A stretch of 64,000 nt of DNA from Isoptericola halotolerans (GCF_013149785.1 NZ_JABEZU010000001.1:1302001-1366000), one strand, 5' to 3'; counted from the first letter of the stretch, positions 1-9,812 are shown. The notes: generated by a model not told the origin, from the letters alone. Numbers and translations are program-made.

Positions 1-82
1 CGCGGAGGCGCAGCGACACGTCGTGCAGCACCTCGCGCTCGCCGTGGCGCACGTGCACGCCCTCCAGCACCACCTCGGTCAC
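1..82 (-). CDS. ABC/ECF transporter ATP-binding subunit (BioM-like), 5' end only
   Basis: GTG at 82 overlaps the thiolase stop (GTGA). Reads MTEVVLEGVHVRHGEREVLHDVSLRLR, a typical ABC ATPase N-terminus, downstream of bioY in the same operon. Runs off the window. Confidence 0.65.
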   Translation of the reverse strand, partial: MTEVVLEGVHVRHGEREVLHDVSLRLR

Positions 83-1179
83 CGGACCACCTCGACCAGC
101 AGCGCGACCCCGACGCCGCCGGCGGCTGCGGCCGTCGCGAGACCCAGGGTGCCCGCGGGCGCACCACCGGCGACCAGCCGGGCGAACAGCCGGACCACCG
201 CGACGGCCCCGCTCGCGCCGAAGGGATGGCCCAGGCCCAGGGTGCCGCCGTCGGGGCTCCACCGCGGGTCGTCGCCCACCTCCAGGTCCTCGGTGACCGC
301 GAGCGCCTGGGCGGCGAACGCCTCGACGAGCTCGACCGCCGCGACCTCGTCGAGAGCGACCCCGGCCCGGGAGCACGCGGCCCGGACCGCGGCCACCGGC
401 GCGAGCATCGGCCACGCGGGGTCGGCCCCGCAGGTGGCGGTCGCGACGACCCGCAGGCCCGGCGACCCACCGCGAGCGCCGTCGTGCACCAGGACGACGG
501 CGGCCGCGCCGTCACCCACCGGTGCGGCGGAGGCCGCGGTCACCGTCCCACGGGGCGCGAACGCCCCGGGGAGCCGGTCGAGCACACGCGTGTCCAGGGT
601 CCGGGCATGCTCGTCCCGGTCCAGGGCGCCGACCGCGACGGTCTCGGCGGCGAACCGGCCGGCCGCGTGCGCCGCGAGGACCCGAGCGTGCGAGCGGACC
701 GCCCAGCGGTGCTGGCGCTCGCGGTCGACGCCGCGGACCTGGGCGAGCCGCTCGGCCGCCGGTCCCAGGCCGGGGTCGGCCCACGGCGGCGGGGTGAACG
801 ACGCAGGGGAGTAGGTCACGGGGCCGTGCGCCCGCACGGGCGCACGCGACCCGCTCTCCACGCCGCCGGCCAGCACGGTGCCCGCCTGCCCGGCGTCGAT
901 CAGCGCGGCGCCCGTGACGATCGCGGCCAGGCCGGAGGCGCACTGCCGGTCCACGGTGACGCCCGGTGCGGTCAGCCCGGTGGCGAGGGCGGCTCGCCGG
1001 GCGACGTTGCCACCGTGGCCCGCGGCGTTGCCGAGCACGACGTCGTCGACGGTGTCGGCCCGGGCGTCCTGCCCGGCGGCGGCCAGGACGGCCGCGGCCA
1101 GCGTCGTCTCGTCTGTGGCCGCGTGGCCCCGGCCCGCGACGCCCACCCAGGTGCGCCGTGCGGCGACGATCACGCTCAC
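79..1179 (-). CDS. Thiolase family protein (YhfS-like acetyl-CoA acyltransferase)
   Basis: Motifs DRQCASGL, GTVTAASAAPVGDGAAA, VEAFAAQ and GHPFGASG. Confidence 0.9.
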   Translation of the reverse strand: MSVIVAARRTWVGVAGRGHAATDETTLAAAVLAAAGQDARADTVDDVVLGNAAGHGGNVARRAALATGLTAPGVTVDRQCASGLAAIVTGAALIDAGQAGTVLAGGVESGSRAPVRAHGPVTYSPASFTPPPWADPGLGPAAERLAQVRGVDRERQHRWAVRSHARVLAAHAAGRFAAETVAVGALDRDEHARTLDTRVLDRLPGAFAPRGTVTAASAAPVGDGAAAVVLVHDGARGGSPGLRVVATATCGADPAWPMLAPVAAVRAACSRAGVALDEVAAVELVEAFAAQALAVTEDLEVGDDPRWSPDGGTLGLGHPFGASGAVAVVRLFARLVAGGAPAGTLGLATAAAAGGVGVALLVEVVR

Positions 1180-2582
1180 CGCAGCACCGTCAGGTCGCCC
1201 GCGTCAGCCGTCGGGTGGTTCCCGGCGAAGAAGGCCCCGAGCACGGCGCGGGCCGGCTTGCCGTCTCCCGTGCGCGGCAGGCCGTCCACCCGGTACCAGC
1301 GACGCGGCCGCTGGGCGGGGGCCAGGGTGGCGCGGGCGACGCGCTCCAGGTGCGCTCGCAGACCGGGGCGGTCGTCGGCCTCGACGACGGCGACGACGAC
1401 CGCGCCGAGCCGGCGGTGCGGGGCGCCGGCCACGACGACGTCGCGCACCCCGGGGACGGGGCGCAGCGCCGCCTCGACGTCCTCGGGCACCACGGTGGCG
1501 CCCGCCGTCAGGACGGCACCGTCGCCACGACCCCGGAGGGTCAGGGCCGGGGCGTCGCCCAGCACGCCCGGCAGCTCCGCGAGGTCACCCACGGTGGCCC
1601 ACGCACCGTCCCGCCGCAGGGGACCTCTGGCCCCGGCGAGATAGCCGAGGGAGACCCACGGCGAGCGCACCCAGACCTCGCCGAGGCTCGTGCCCGGCAG
1701 GGGGCGGACGGCGAGCTCGACCTCGGGGAACGCCCGCAGGCCGGTGCCGGTGTCCACGGCGACGAAGCTCAGCTCGACGGCGCCGTAGTAGGCCACGACC
1801 TCGATGCCGTGGGCCGCGGCACGCTCACGCTGGACCGGGTCGAGCCCGGCGCCGCCGACGACGGCGGTACGCAGCCGCGAGGGCGCCCCGCCGTCGAGGG
1901 CGTCGAGCACGTCGTCCAGGCGGGAGGGCACGAGGTGGACGACGTCGCCGGTGGCCAGCGCGGCGGTCGTCGCGGACGTCCCGGGGGCGAGGTGTGCGCA
2001 GGCGCCGACGGCGAGCGCATGGACCGTGGCGAAGCAGTGCAGCGAGCTGGCCAGGGGCCCGGTCACCACGACCGTGTCGGTCTCGCGCGAGCCGATGAAG
2101 GAGGTGACGTGGTCGAACGACCGGGTCCACGACCCGCGCGTGCGCACCACGGCGCGCGGTCGGCCCGTGCTGCCGGAGGAGAACCCTGCCCACGCCACCG
2201 ACGTGTCGTCGGGCCGCGGGCCGGGGTCGCCGAGGGCGGCGCCCGGGGAGGCGCGCGGCAGCGGGACGTGCACGACGACGTCCGGCTCCAGGGTGCGCAG
2301 CACCTCGGCGCGCTGGTGCACGGGCCAGGCCGGGTCCGCCACCAGAGCCGTCGCGCCCACGAGATCGACCGCGAGCAGCGCGACGACGGTGTCCAGGGGG
2401 TCGTGCAGCAGCAGGGCCACCAGGTCGCGGGGACGGGTGCCGGTAGCCCTCAGGTGCTCGGCCCCGGCGCGGGCGTCGGCCGCCAGCTCGCCGTACGTCC
2501 GACGGCGCGCGCCGGAGCGCAGTGCGGGCCGGTCCCGGGTGGATCCGGCCGCGTGCTGCAGGACGTGGTGGGCGACCGGCAC
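1176..2582 (-). CDS. AMP-binding acyl-CoA synthetase (YhfT-like)
   Basis: Adenylate-forming motifs FSSGSTGRPR, YYGAVELS and TVGDLA. Coupled to the thiolase gene. Confidence 0.88.
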   Translation of the reverse strand: MPVAHHVLQHAAGSTRDRPALRSGARRRTYGELAADARAGAEHLRATGTRPRDLVALLLHDPLDTVVALLAVDLVGATALVADPAWPVHQRAEVLRTLEPDVVVHVPLPRASPGAALGDPGPRPDDTSVAWAGFSSGSTGRPRAVVRTRGSWTRSFDHVTSFIGSRETDTVVVTGPLASSLHCFATVHALAVGACAHLAPGTSATTAALATGDVVHLVPSRLDDVLDALDGGAPSRLRTAVVGGAGLDPVQRERAAAHGIEVVAYYGAVELSFVAVDTGTGLRAFPEVELAVRPLPGTSLGEVWVRSPWVSLGYLAGARGPLRRDGAWATVGDLAELPGVLGDAPALTLRGRGDGAVLTAGATVVPEDVEAALRPVPGVRDVVVAGAPHRRLGAVVVAVVEADDRPGLRAHLERVARATLAPAQRPRRWYRVDGLPRTGDGKPARAVLGAFFAGNHPTADAGDLTVLR

Positions 2583-2584
2583 CC

Positions 2585-3196
2585 TCAGTCCTCCCGCGTG
2601 CGGGACCGCAGGGCGGCAGGGTAGGCGCGGGCGACCGCCACCGTGACCCCGGCGCAGGCGAGAGCCTTGAGCAGGTCCCCCGGCAGGAACGCCAGGGACA
2701 ACCAGGCGGTCTGGGTCAGCGGGACGCCGGTCACGAGAGCCTGGACGGGCAGCCCGCAGGCATAGACGACGCCGACACCCCCCACGAGGGCGGCGAGCAG
2801 CACGCCCAGGAACGTCACCCGGCGCAGGCGCTCGACCAGCAGACCGACGACGAACGCCCCGGCGACGAAGCCCACCAGGTAGCCCGCCGAGGGGCCCGCG
2901 AACACGCCCAGCCCGCCCCGGCCGCCGGCGAGCAGGGGCAGCCCGGCGGCCACGAGGGCGAGCAACGTCAGCACGGCCAGCGCCCCGCGCCGGGCGCCGA
3001 GCACCGCGCCGGCGAGCATCACGCCGAGGGTCTGCAGCGTGATCGGCACGGCGTTGCCGAACAGGCTCAACGACCCCGGCATGCCGAGGACCGCGATGAG
3101 CGCCGCGAACGTCGCGACGCGTGCGGCGTCCGCGGCGTCCAGGGCGCGCGAAGCGGTCCGGGTGCCTGTGCCGGTCGGGCCCGTGGCCTCGGTCAT
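2585..3196 (-). CDS. bioY: Biotin transporter BioY
   Basis: VPITLQTLGVMLAGAVLGARRG, GLPLLAGGRGG, GPSAGYLVGF and FLPGDLLK are BioY signatures. ATG at 3196 follows a GAGGAG RBS. Confidence 0.93.
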   Translation of the reverse strand: MTEATGPTGTGTRTASRALDAADAARVATFAALIAVLGMPGSLSLFGNAVPITLQTLGVMLAGAVLGARRGALAVLTLLALVAAGLPLLAGGRGGLGVFAGPSAGYLVGFVAGAFVVGLLVERLRRVTFLGVLLAALVGGVGVVYACGLPVQALVTGVPLTQTAWLSLAFLPGDLLKALACAGVTVAVARAYPAALRSRTRED

Positions 3197-3433
3197 CGGT
3201 GCTCCTCGTTCGTCGTCGGTGCGTGGTGCGGCCGCGTCGGCCGCCGCGACTCCCACTCTGCTGGTCCCGTCGTGGTCGCGGCGCCGGGCGTCGTGCCCAC
3301 CCGCGTCACGCCGTCGTGCACGAATCGCACAAGCGGTTGCGGGAACCACCAAACCATCTCGGAGAGCGGTGGGGGAACCGGCCAAGGCGCCGACGGGGTG
3401 GCGGGGAGCGGTGTGTCGCGACAGGATGCCCGC

Positions 3434-4927
3434 ATGGCAGCCAGCGCGGATCAGACCTACGACGTGATCGTCATCGGTGCCGGACCGGTGGGGGAGAACG
3501 CGGCGGCACGGGCCTCCGCGACGGGGCTCTCGGTCGCCGTCGTGGAGGCCGAGCTCGTCGGCGGGGAGTGCTCCTACTGGGCGTGCATCCCCTCCAAGAC
3601 CCTGCTGCGCCCCGGCGCGGTCCGTGCCGCCGCCCGGGCCACCCCGGGCGTGGCGGACCCCGGCCCGCTCGACGCGGCAGCGGTGCTCGCCTGGCGCGAC
3701 GAGACCACCGGTGAGGGTGACGACTCGGGGCAGGAGCGCTGGCTGGCCTCGGCCGGGATCGCCCTCGTGCGGGGCCATGGCCGGCTGATCCGGGAGCGGG
3801 TGGTCGAGGTCGCCCCCGAACCCGGATCCGGCGACGACGACGGCGCCACGCGCCTGCTGCACGCGCGCTGCGCCGTCGTCGTGGCCACCGGCAGCGCGCC
3901 CGTCCTGCCCCCCGTGCCCGGCCTCGCGGAGGCGAGCCCGTGGACCTCCCGCGAGGCGACCGCCGCCGAGGAGGTGCCGGCGTCGCTCGTCGTGGTCGGT
4001 GGCGGCGTGGTGGCCTGCGAGATGGCGACCGCCTACGCGGACCTGGGGTCGCGGGTCACCCTCCTGGCACGCAGCGCCCTGCTCGGTGGTGCCGAGCGGT
4101 TCGCCGGGGAAGCCGTCGTCGAGGCGCTGCGCGAGGCCGGGGTCGACGTCCGGCTCGACGCCGAGGTCAGCGAGGTCTCCCGACCCGAGATCGGTGGTCC
4201 GGTGACCGTGACCGTCCGCGAGGGGCGGGGCGTCGAGCAGGTGACGGCCGCCGAGCTGCTCGTCGCGACCGGCCGCCGGCCGCGGACGGCGGACGTCGGG
4301 CTGGACTCCGTCGGGCTCGCGACCGACGTACCGCTGGACACCGACGACTCCATGGCCGTGCGGGGAACCGCCCGGGCCGCCGGAGGCCGCCCCTGGTTGT
4401 TCGCCTGCGGCGACGTCACGGGCCGCGTCGCGACCACGCACCAGGGCAAGTACGAGGGGCGCGTCGCCGGGGACGTCGTCGCGCGCCTCTACGGCCCCGA
4501 CAACGGCGCGCCCGAGATGCCGCCGGAGGGCGCACGGTCCTGGACCCGGTACGCGGCCAGCGCCGACCACACCGCCCGGACGCAGGTGGTGTTCACGCGC
4601 CCGCAGGTGGCATGGGTGGGCCCGACCGAGGCCGAGGCCCGGGAAGCGGGCCTGCCGGTGCGCGCGGTGTCCTACGACCTGTCCTGGGTCGCCGGTGCCG
4701 CCGTGACGTCACCGGACTACGCGGGCCGCGCCCAGGTGCTGGTGGACACCGAGCGCCAGGTGCTCGTCGGCGCCACCTTCGTGGGCCCCGACGCGAGCGA
4801 GATGCTGCACGCGGCCACGGTCGCCGTCGTCGGCGAGGTGCCGCTCGACCGCTTGTGGCACGCCGTGCCCGTCTTCCCCACCGTCTCGGAGGTCTGGCTG
4901 CGGTTCGCCGAGGAGTACGGGTTGTGA
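3434..4927 (+). CDS. Pyridine nucleotide-disulfide oxidoreductase (dihydrolipoamide dehydrogenase-like family)
   Basis: GAGPVG FAD-binding motif, GGECSYWACIPSK redox disulfide, GGGVVACE, ATGRRP and a C-terminal dimerisation domain. Confidence 0.9.
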   Translation: MAASADQTYDVIVIGAGPVGENAAARASATGLSVAVVEAELVGGECSYWACIPSKTLLRPGAVRAAARATPGVADPGPLDAAAVLAWRDETTGEGDDSGQERWLASAGIALVRGHGRLIRERVVEVAPEPGSGDDDGATRLLHARCAVVVATGSAPVLPPVPGLAEASPWTSREATAAEEVPASLVVVGGGVVACEMATAYADLGSRVTLLARSALLGGAERFAGEAVVEALREAGVDVRLDAEVSEVSRPEIGGPVTVTVREGRGVEQVTAAELLVATGRRPRTADVGLDSVGLATDVPLDTDDSMAVRGTARAAGGRPWLFACGDVTGRVATTHQGKYEGRVAGDVVARLYGPDNGAPEMPPEGARSWTRYAASADHTARTQVVFTRPQVAWVGPTEAEAREAGLPVRAVSYDLSWVAGAAVTSPDYAGRAQVLVDTERQVLVGATFVGPDASEMLHAATVAVVGEVPLDRLWHAVPVFPTVSEVWLRFAEEYGL

Positions 4928-4951
4928 CGCCCAACAGCTAGGCTCTGGGCC

Positions 4952-5863
4952 GTGACCACGACGACGAAGCGAGTCGGACTCGCCACCTGCTCCGTCCTGC
5001 CCGACCTCGACGCCGACGACCGACCTCTCGTCCCCGCCCTCGCGGCCCGCGGCATCAGTGCCGAGACCGTGGTGTGGGACGACCCGGAGGTCGACTGGTC
5101 CGTCTTCGACCTCGTCGTCGTCCGGTCCACGTACGACTACTCGCCCCGCCGCGACGAGTTCGTGCAGTGGGCACGCTCGGTGCCCCGCCTGGCCAACCCT
5201 GCCGACGTCATCGCGTGGAACACCGACAAGACCTACCTCAAGGTGCTCGAGGCCGCCGGGGTCCCCGTCATCCCGACCATCTGGCTCGACCCCGAGCGTC
5301 ACCTGTCCAAGCGCGCGATCCACACGCGCATGCCTGCTTTCGGGGACTTCGTCGTCAAGCCCGTCGTCTCCGCCGGGGCCCAGGACACCGGCCGCTACCA
5401 GCCGGTCAGCTCCGCGTCGCGGGCGCTGGCCATCCAGCACGCGAAGTCGCTGCTCGACGACGGTCGCGCGGTGATGATCCAGCCGTACGTGACCAGCGTG
5501 GACACCCAGGGTGAGACGTGCCTGGTCTTCGTCGAGGGCGAGGTGCGTCACTCGGTGCGCAAGAACGCCCTGCTGACCGGTCCGAGCCGGCCGACGCAGG
5601 GCCTCTACGCCCAGGAGAAGATGCGGCCGGTCGACGCGACGGAGGCCGAGGTCGAGGTGGCACGGCGTGCGCTCGCCGTCGCCCACGAACAGCTCGGCGT
5701 GAACGAGCCGTTCCTCTACGCGCGCGTCGACCTGGTGGGTGGCGAGGAGTCCCCGACCGTCATCGAGCTCGAGCTGACCGAGCCGTCGCTGTGGCTGCGT
5801 CACGACGGTGGTGCCGGGACGGCCGGCGCGCTCGCCGACGCCATCGTGTCCCGCCTGGGCTGA
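4952..5863 (+). CDS. ATP-grasp (RimK/glutathione synthetase-like) ligase
   Basis: WNTDKTYL, FVVKPVVSAG, MIQPYV, YARVDLV and ELELTEPSL motifs. Confidence 0.85.
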   Translation: MTTTTKRVGLATCSVLPDLDADDRPLVPALAARGISAETVVWDDPEVDWSVFDLVVVRSTYDYSPRRDEFVQWARSVPRLANPADVIAWNTDKTYLKVLEAAGVPVIPTIWLDPERHLSKRAIHTRMPAFGDFVVKPVVSAGAQDTGRYQPVSSASRALAIQHAKSLLDDGRAVMIQPYVTSVDTQGETCLVFVEGEVRHSVRKNALLTGPSRPTQGLYAQEKMRPVDATEAEVEVARRALAVAHEQLGVNEPFLYARVDLVGGEESPTVIELELTEPSLWLRHDGGAGTAGALADAIVSRLG

Positions 5864-5865
5864 GC

Positions 5866-5969
5866 CCGACAGGGTGGGATCTCCTCCTCGCGCGGTCGCG
5901 CTCACGGGCGCTGCGCGCCCTCCGCTTCCGGTCTGACGACCGCGCGAGGAGGAGATCCCACCCTGTCGG
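5866..5969. repeat. Perfect 33-bp inverted repeat (REP/MITE-like; possible bidirectional terminator)
   Basis: CCGACAGGGTGGGATCTCCTCCTCGCGCGGTCG (5866-5898) and its exact reverse complement (5937-5969) lie between convergent genes. Confidence 0.85.
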
Positions 5970-5980
5970 TGCGCCTCTCG

Positions 5981-6895
5981 TCAGCCCAGGTCGTTCTCGG
6001 CCAGCCAGTCGGCGGCGATCTCGCTGCTGGAGAGCTGCTCCTCGGTGGACCGCACGTTGAGGTCCACCAGGCCCTCCGGGGTCAGGGCGGCACTGACCGG
6101 GTCGAGGGCGGAGGCGACCTCCTCGGCCACGCCCGCCCCGACGAGCGGGACCACGTTCGAGGCGAGGAAGAGGCCCTCGGTGTCCTCCAGCGTGACCAGC
6201 CCCTCGGTCTGGATGCGCGGGTCGGCGCTGAACACGTTGGCGACGTTGACGGTGCCGGCCACCAGGTCCTGGACCGTGGTGTCACCGGTCGCCTCGAAGG
6301 AGACGTCCACGCCGTAGACGTCCGCCAGGCCCTGCGGGCCGTAGGGGCGCTCCTCGAGCTCCGCCGGACCACCGACGACGATCTCCTCGTCGACGTCCGC
6401 GAGGTCGCCGATGCCGACCAGGTCGTGGGCCGCGGCGAAGTCGGCCGTGACGTTGTAGGAGTCCTGGTCGGTGGCCGTCGACTGCTCGAGGACGGCCAGG
6501 GAGTCCGGCAGCGCCTCCTGGAGCGCGACGTACACGTCGTCGGAGGAGGTCGCGGTGGTCTCCGGGTCGAAGAACTGCAGCAGGTTGCCGGTGTACTCGG
6601 GGAACACCTGGACCTCGCCGTCCTCCAGGGCCGGCATGTAGGCGTCGCGCTGGCCGATGGAGAAGTTCCGCTCGACGGTGAACCCGTCGGCCTCCAGAGC
6701 CTGGGCGTAGATCTCCGCGACGATCTCGTTGGAGTAGTACGCCTGGGACCCGACGACGATCGTGTCGGGTGCCGAGGGCTCGTCGTCGCCCGTGCCCTGG
6801 GCCAACGGGTCGGTGTCGCCGCCGCAGGCGGACAGGGTCAGCATCGTGGCGGCTGCTGCGGCGACGAGGGCGGTGGTCCGTCGGGTGGTACGCAT
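5981..6895 (-). CDS. Osmoprotectant (glycine betaine/choline-type) ABC transporter substrate-binding lipoprotein
   Basis: Lipobox LSAC, IVVGSQAYYSNEIVAEIYAQAL and PEYTGNL (OpuAC/OsmF-type). Confidence 0.88.
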   Translation of the reverse strand: MRTTRRTTALVAAAAATMLTLSACGGDTDPLAQGTGDDEPSAPDTIVVGSQAYYSNEIVAEIYAQALEADGFTVERNFSIGQRDAYMPALEDGEVQVFPEYTGNLLQFFDPETTATSSDDVYVALQEALPDSLAVLEQSTATDQDSYNVTADFAAAHDLVGIGDLADVDEEIVVGGPAELEERPYGPQGLADVYGVDVSFEATGDTTVQDLVAGTVNVANVFSADPRIQTEGLVTLEDTEGLFLASNVVPLVGAGVAEEVASALDPVSAALTPEGLVDLNVRSTEEQLSSSEIAADWLAENDLG

Positions 6896-6931
6896 GATCT
6901 GCCTTTCGTGGGGCTGTCAGAGAGGGGGTGG

Positions 6932-7618
6932 TCAGTTCTCCGGCGCGCGGCGTGCGCTGACGCCGGCGGGCACGACGAGTCGCTCGAGGATCGCGAAGAG
7001 GGCGTCCAGCACGACGGCGAGCACCACGATGACGAGTGCGGCGCCGAGGATCTGGGCGAAGTTGCGGATCTGGATGCCCTGGACGATGTAGAAGCCGAGG
7101 CCCCAGCTGCCGACGTAGCCGGCGAGGGTCACCGTCGCCACCACCTGGAGCGTCGCCGACCGCAGGCCGCCGATCAGCAGGGGCAGCCCGAGGGGGACCT
7201 CGACCTTGCCGAGGACCTGGGCGGGTGTCATGCCGACGGACCGGGCGCCGTCGACCACGCGCCGGTCCACCGCCTCGACCCCCGAGTAGGCCCCGGCGAG
7301 GATCGGGGGGATCGCCAGCAGCACGAAGGCCGTCGTCGAGGCGCCGACCTTGTGGGTGACGCCCAGTACCAGGACGAGAAGGAGGACCAGCCCGAACGAC
7401 GGCACCGCCCTCGCCGCGCCCGACAGGGCGACGGCCACCTCACGGCCGCGCCCCGTGTGCCCGATGAGCCACCCCGCCGGCACCGCGACCGCGGCGGCGA
7501 TCAGCACGGAGACGACGGTGAACGCCAGGTGGGTACCGATCGCCTCGGACAGCGGCAGGGAACCGGTCTGCCGGTCGGGGGAGAAGATCCACGCGATCGC
7601 GTCGCCGAAGAGGCCCAT
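6932..7618 (-). CDS. Osmoprotectant ABC transporter permease
   Basis: Hydrophobic protein with an EAA-like loop DGARSVGMT...VEVPLGLP. ATG at 7618. Confidence 0.87.
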   Translation of the reverse strand: MGLFGDAIAWIFSPDRQTGSLPLSEAIGTHLAFTVVSVLIAAAVAVPAGWLIGHTGRGREVAVALSGAARAVPSFGLVLLLVLVLGVTHKVGASTTAFVLLAIPPILAGAYSGVEAVDRRVVDGARSVGMTPAQVLGKVEVPLGLPLLIGGLRSATLQVVATVTLAGYVGSWGLGFYIVQGIQIRNFAQILGAALVIVVLAVVLDALFAILERLVVPAGVSARRAPEN

Positions 7619-8256
7619 CACGACCCCTTCCTGGTCCACGGCATGAGCGCCCGACCCGCCAGGACCAGCAGCCCGTCGACGATCAGGGCGATGACGACGA
7701 CGGCTACCACCCCGGCGAGGATCTCCGGCACGATCTGGCGCTGATACCCGTTCGTGAACAGGTAGCCGAGGTTGTCGATGCCGATGAGGATGCCGACGGT
7801 GGCGAGCGAGATCGTGGAGACCGCGGTCACCCGGAGGCCCGCGAGGACCACCGGACCGGCCAGGGGGAGATCGACCCGCCAGAAGCGCTGCCAGGCGCCG
7901 TACCCGACGGCGACGGCCGCCTGGCGCACCGAGGGCTCGACCGAGGCGAGGGCGTCCGCCACGAACCTGGTCATGATCGCCACGGCGTAGATCGTCAGCG
8001 CCACGACGAGGTTGACCTCGGACAGGAAGCTGATGCCCAGCAGCGGAGGCAGCAGGGCGAAGAGCGCGAGCGACGGGATCGTGTAGAGAAGGCCCACGAA
8101 CGTGAGCAGCAGGCCGCGCGTGAGCCGGAACCGGAAGGCGAACCAGCCCGCCGGGATCGACAGGGCCAGGCCCAGCATGATCGGTATCGCGCTCTGCCGC
8201 AGGTGCTCCACCGTCAACCGGCCGATGAGGTCGAGGTTGTTCAGCACCCAGGTCAT
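7618..8256 (-). CDS. Osmoprotectant ABC transporter permease
   Basis: YTIPSLAL and the EAA loop QAAVAVGYG...VDLPLAGP. ATG at 8256 overlaps the ATPase stop. Confidence 0.87.
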   Translation of the reverse strand: MTWVLNNLDLIGRLTVEHLRQSAIPIMLGLALSIPAGWFAFRFRLTRGLLLTFVGLLYTIPSLALFALLPPLLGISFLSEVNLVVALTIYAVAIMTRFVADALASVEPSVRQAAVAVGYGAWQRFWRVDLPLAGPVVLAGLRVTAVSTISLATVGILIGIDNLGYLFTNGYQRQIVPEILAGVVAVVVIALIVDGLLVLAGRALMPWTRKGS

Positions 8257-9074
8257 GGGGCGCCCTCGACGAGGACCCCCTGGGTGCGGCCCGCGGTGTC
8301 GACGAGCACCGTGCCACGGTCGGTCTGCTTGGTGCGCAGCGCGCGCGCACCGCGCTCGGTCCCGATGAAGCTCGCCACGAAGTCGCTGGCGGGGTTCTCG
8401 ATGATCTCGCTCGGTGAACCGACCTGGGCGACCTGGGCGCACTTCTCGAGGATGACGACCTGGTCGCCGAGCAGGAACGCCTCGTCGATGTCGTGGGTGA
8501 CGAAGACGACGGTCTTGTGCAGCTCCTGCTGCAGTCGGAGCGTCTCGGTCTGCAGCTCGGCGCGCACGATGGGGTCGACGGCACCGAACGGCTCGTCCAT
8601 GAGCAGGATGTTGGGGTCGGCGGCCAGGGCGCGTGCCACCCCGACCCGCTGCTGCTGACCACCGGACAGCTGGCTGGGGTACCGCTCGGCCAGCGCTCGG
8701 TCCAGGCCGACGACGTCGAGCACCTCCATGGCGCGGTCACGGGCCTCGCGCTTCGGCACGCCGTCGAGACGCAGGACGGTGGCGACGTTGTCGATGACGC
8801 GGTGGTGGGGGAGGAGTCCACCGTTCTGCAGCACGTAGCCGATGCTGCGTCGCAGCCGCACGGCATCGCGGTCCAGGATCGACTCGCCGTCGATCTCGAT
8901 CGTGCCGGAGGTCGGCTCGACCATCCGGTTGATCATCCGCAGCAGCGTCGTCTTCCCGCAGCCGGACGAGCCGACGAAGACCGTCGTCCTGTGCGGTGGT
9001 ACCACGAGGTCGAAGTCCGCGACGGCATGGGTGCCGTCCGGGTAGGTCTTCGTGACTGATCGGAACTCGATCAT
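8253..9074 (-). CDS. Osmoprotectant ABC transporter ATP-binding protein
   Basis: Walker A GSSGCGKT, signature LSGGQQQR, Walker B LLMDEPF. Confidence 0.93.
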   Translation of the reverse strand: MIEFRSVTKTYPDGTHAVADFDLVVPPHRTTVFVGSSGCGKTTLLRMINRMVEPTSGTIEIDGESILDRDAVRLRRSIGYVLQNGGLLPHHRVIDNVATVLRLDGVPKREARDRAMEVLDVVGLDRALAERYPSQLSGGQQQRVGVARALAADPNILLMDEPFGAVDPIVRAELQTETLRLQQELHKTVVFVTHDIDEAFLLGDQVVILEKCAQVAQVGSPSEIIENPASDFVASFIGTERGARALRTKQTDRGTVLVDTAGRTQGVLVEGAP

Positions 9075-9197
9075 GGGACTGCCCCTCCCAGAGGTCGGCG
9101 GGTTCCGACGACCTACCCGACCACATTCACGCCAGGTGCGCGAGAGAACCCGCCGGTCGGGCGTGGACTTGGGATCGGGTCCGGCTGAGACCGGGGC

Positions 9198-9812
9198 TCA
9201 GGGGTGTCGGTCGGGGTGAGGCGTGCCCATCGCCCGGGCGAGGACCCCCAGGACGTAGCCGGTGTCGGCCGGGACGTCGTCGATCAGGACGGCCGTGCAC
9301 AGGCCGTCGGCGACGGCGACGAGGGCGGCTACCGCCTGCGGGTCGTCGGTCAGCGTCGAGGCCAGCTCGACCACGCCCTCACGCCAGTGGCGAGCCACCG
9401 GGCCCAGTGCGGGTCGGCGCGCGGCCATCGTGGACAGCTCACGCTCGGCGAGGGCGCGTTGCCGCCCGGGTCCGCCGGACTCGACGATCAGCTCGGCCAG
9501 GCCGCGGAGCCGGTCCTGGACGGGGCCGTCGACCAGGCGCCGGATGCGGCTCGTGTACTCGTCGGCCACGCTGCACAGTGCTGCGACGAGCAGGTCGTCG
9601 AGGGTGGCGAAGTAGTAGGTGCTCAGGCTGGTGGTGATCCCCGCCTGCTGGGCCACCGACCGGTGGGTGACACCTGCCGCGCCGTCGCGGGTGACGACGG
9701 CGAGCGTGGCCTCGATGATCTCGGCGCGACGCCGGTCGCCCCTGGCGCGACGGCCGTCGACGGGCCGGTTCCCCTCACCCGGGCACCCTCCCGCCCGATC
9801 CACGGCCGTCAC
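9198..9812 (-). CDS. TetR/AcrR family transcriptional regulator
   Basis: HTH region IIEATLAVVTRDGAAGVTHRSVAQQAGITTSLSTYYF. GTG at 9812 overlaps the MFS stop. Confidence 0.88.
   Translation of the reverse strand: MTAVDRAGGCPGEGNRPVDGRRARGDRRRAEIIEATLAVVTRDGAAGVTHRSVAQQAGITTSLSTYYFATLDDLLVAALCSVADEYTSRIRRLVDGPVQDRLRGLAELIVESGGPGRQRALAERELSTMAARRPALGPVARHWREGVVELASTLTDDPQAVAALVAVADGLCTAVLIDDVPADTGYVLGVLARAMGTPHPDRHP

Noticed and set aside
3197..3433. BioQ operator or riboswitch upstream of bioY
   Set aside because: No TGAAC-N3-GTTCA-type palindrome is visible. The GC-rich hairpins present match no riboswitch I can recognise; an Rfam scan would be needed.
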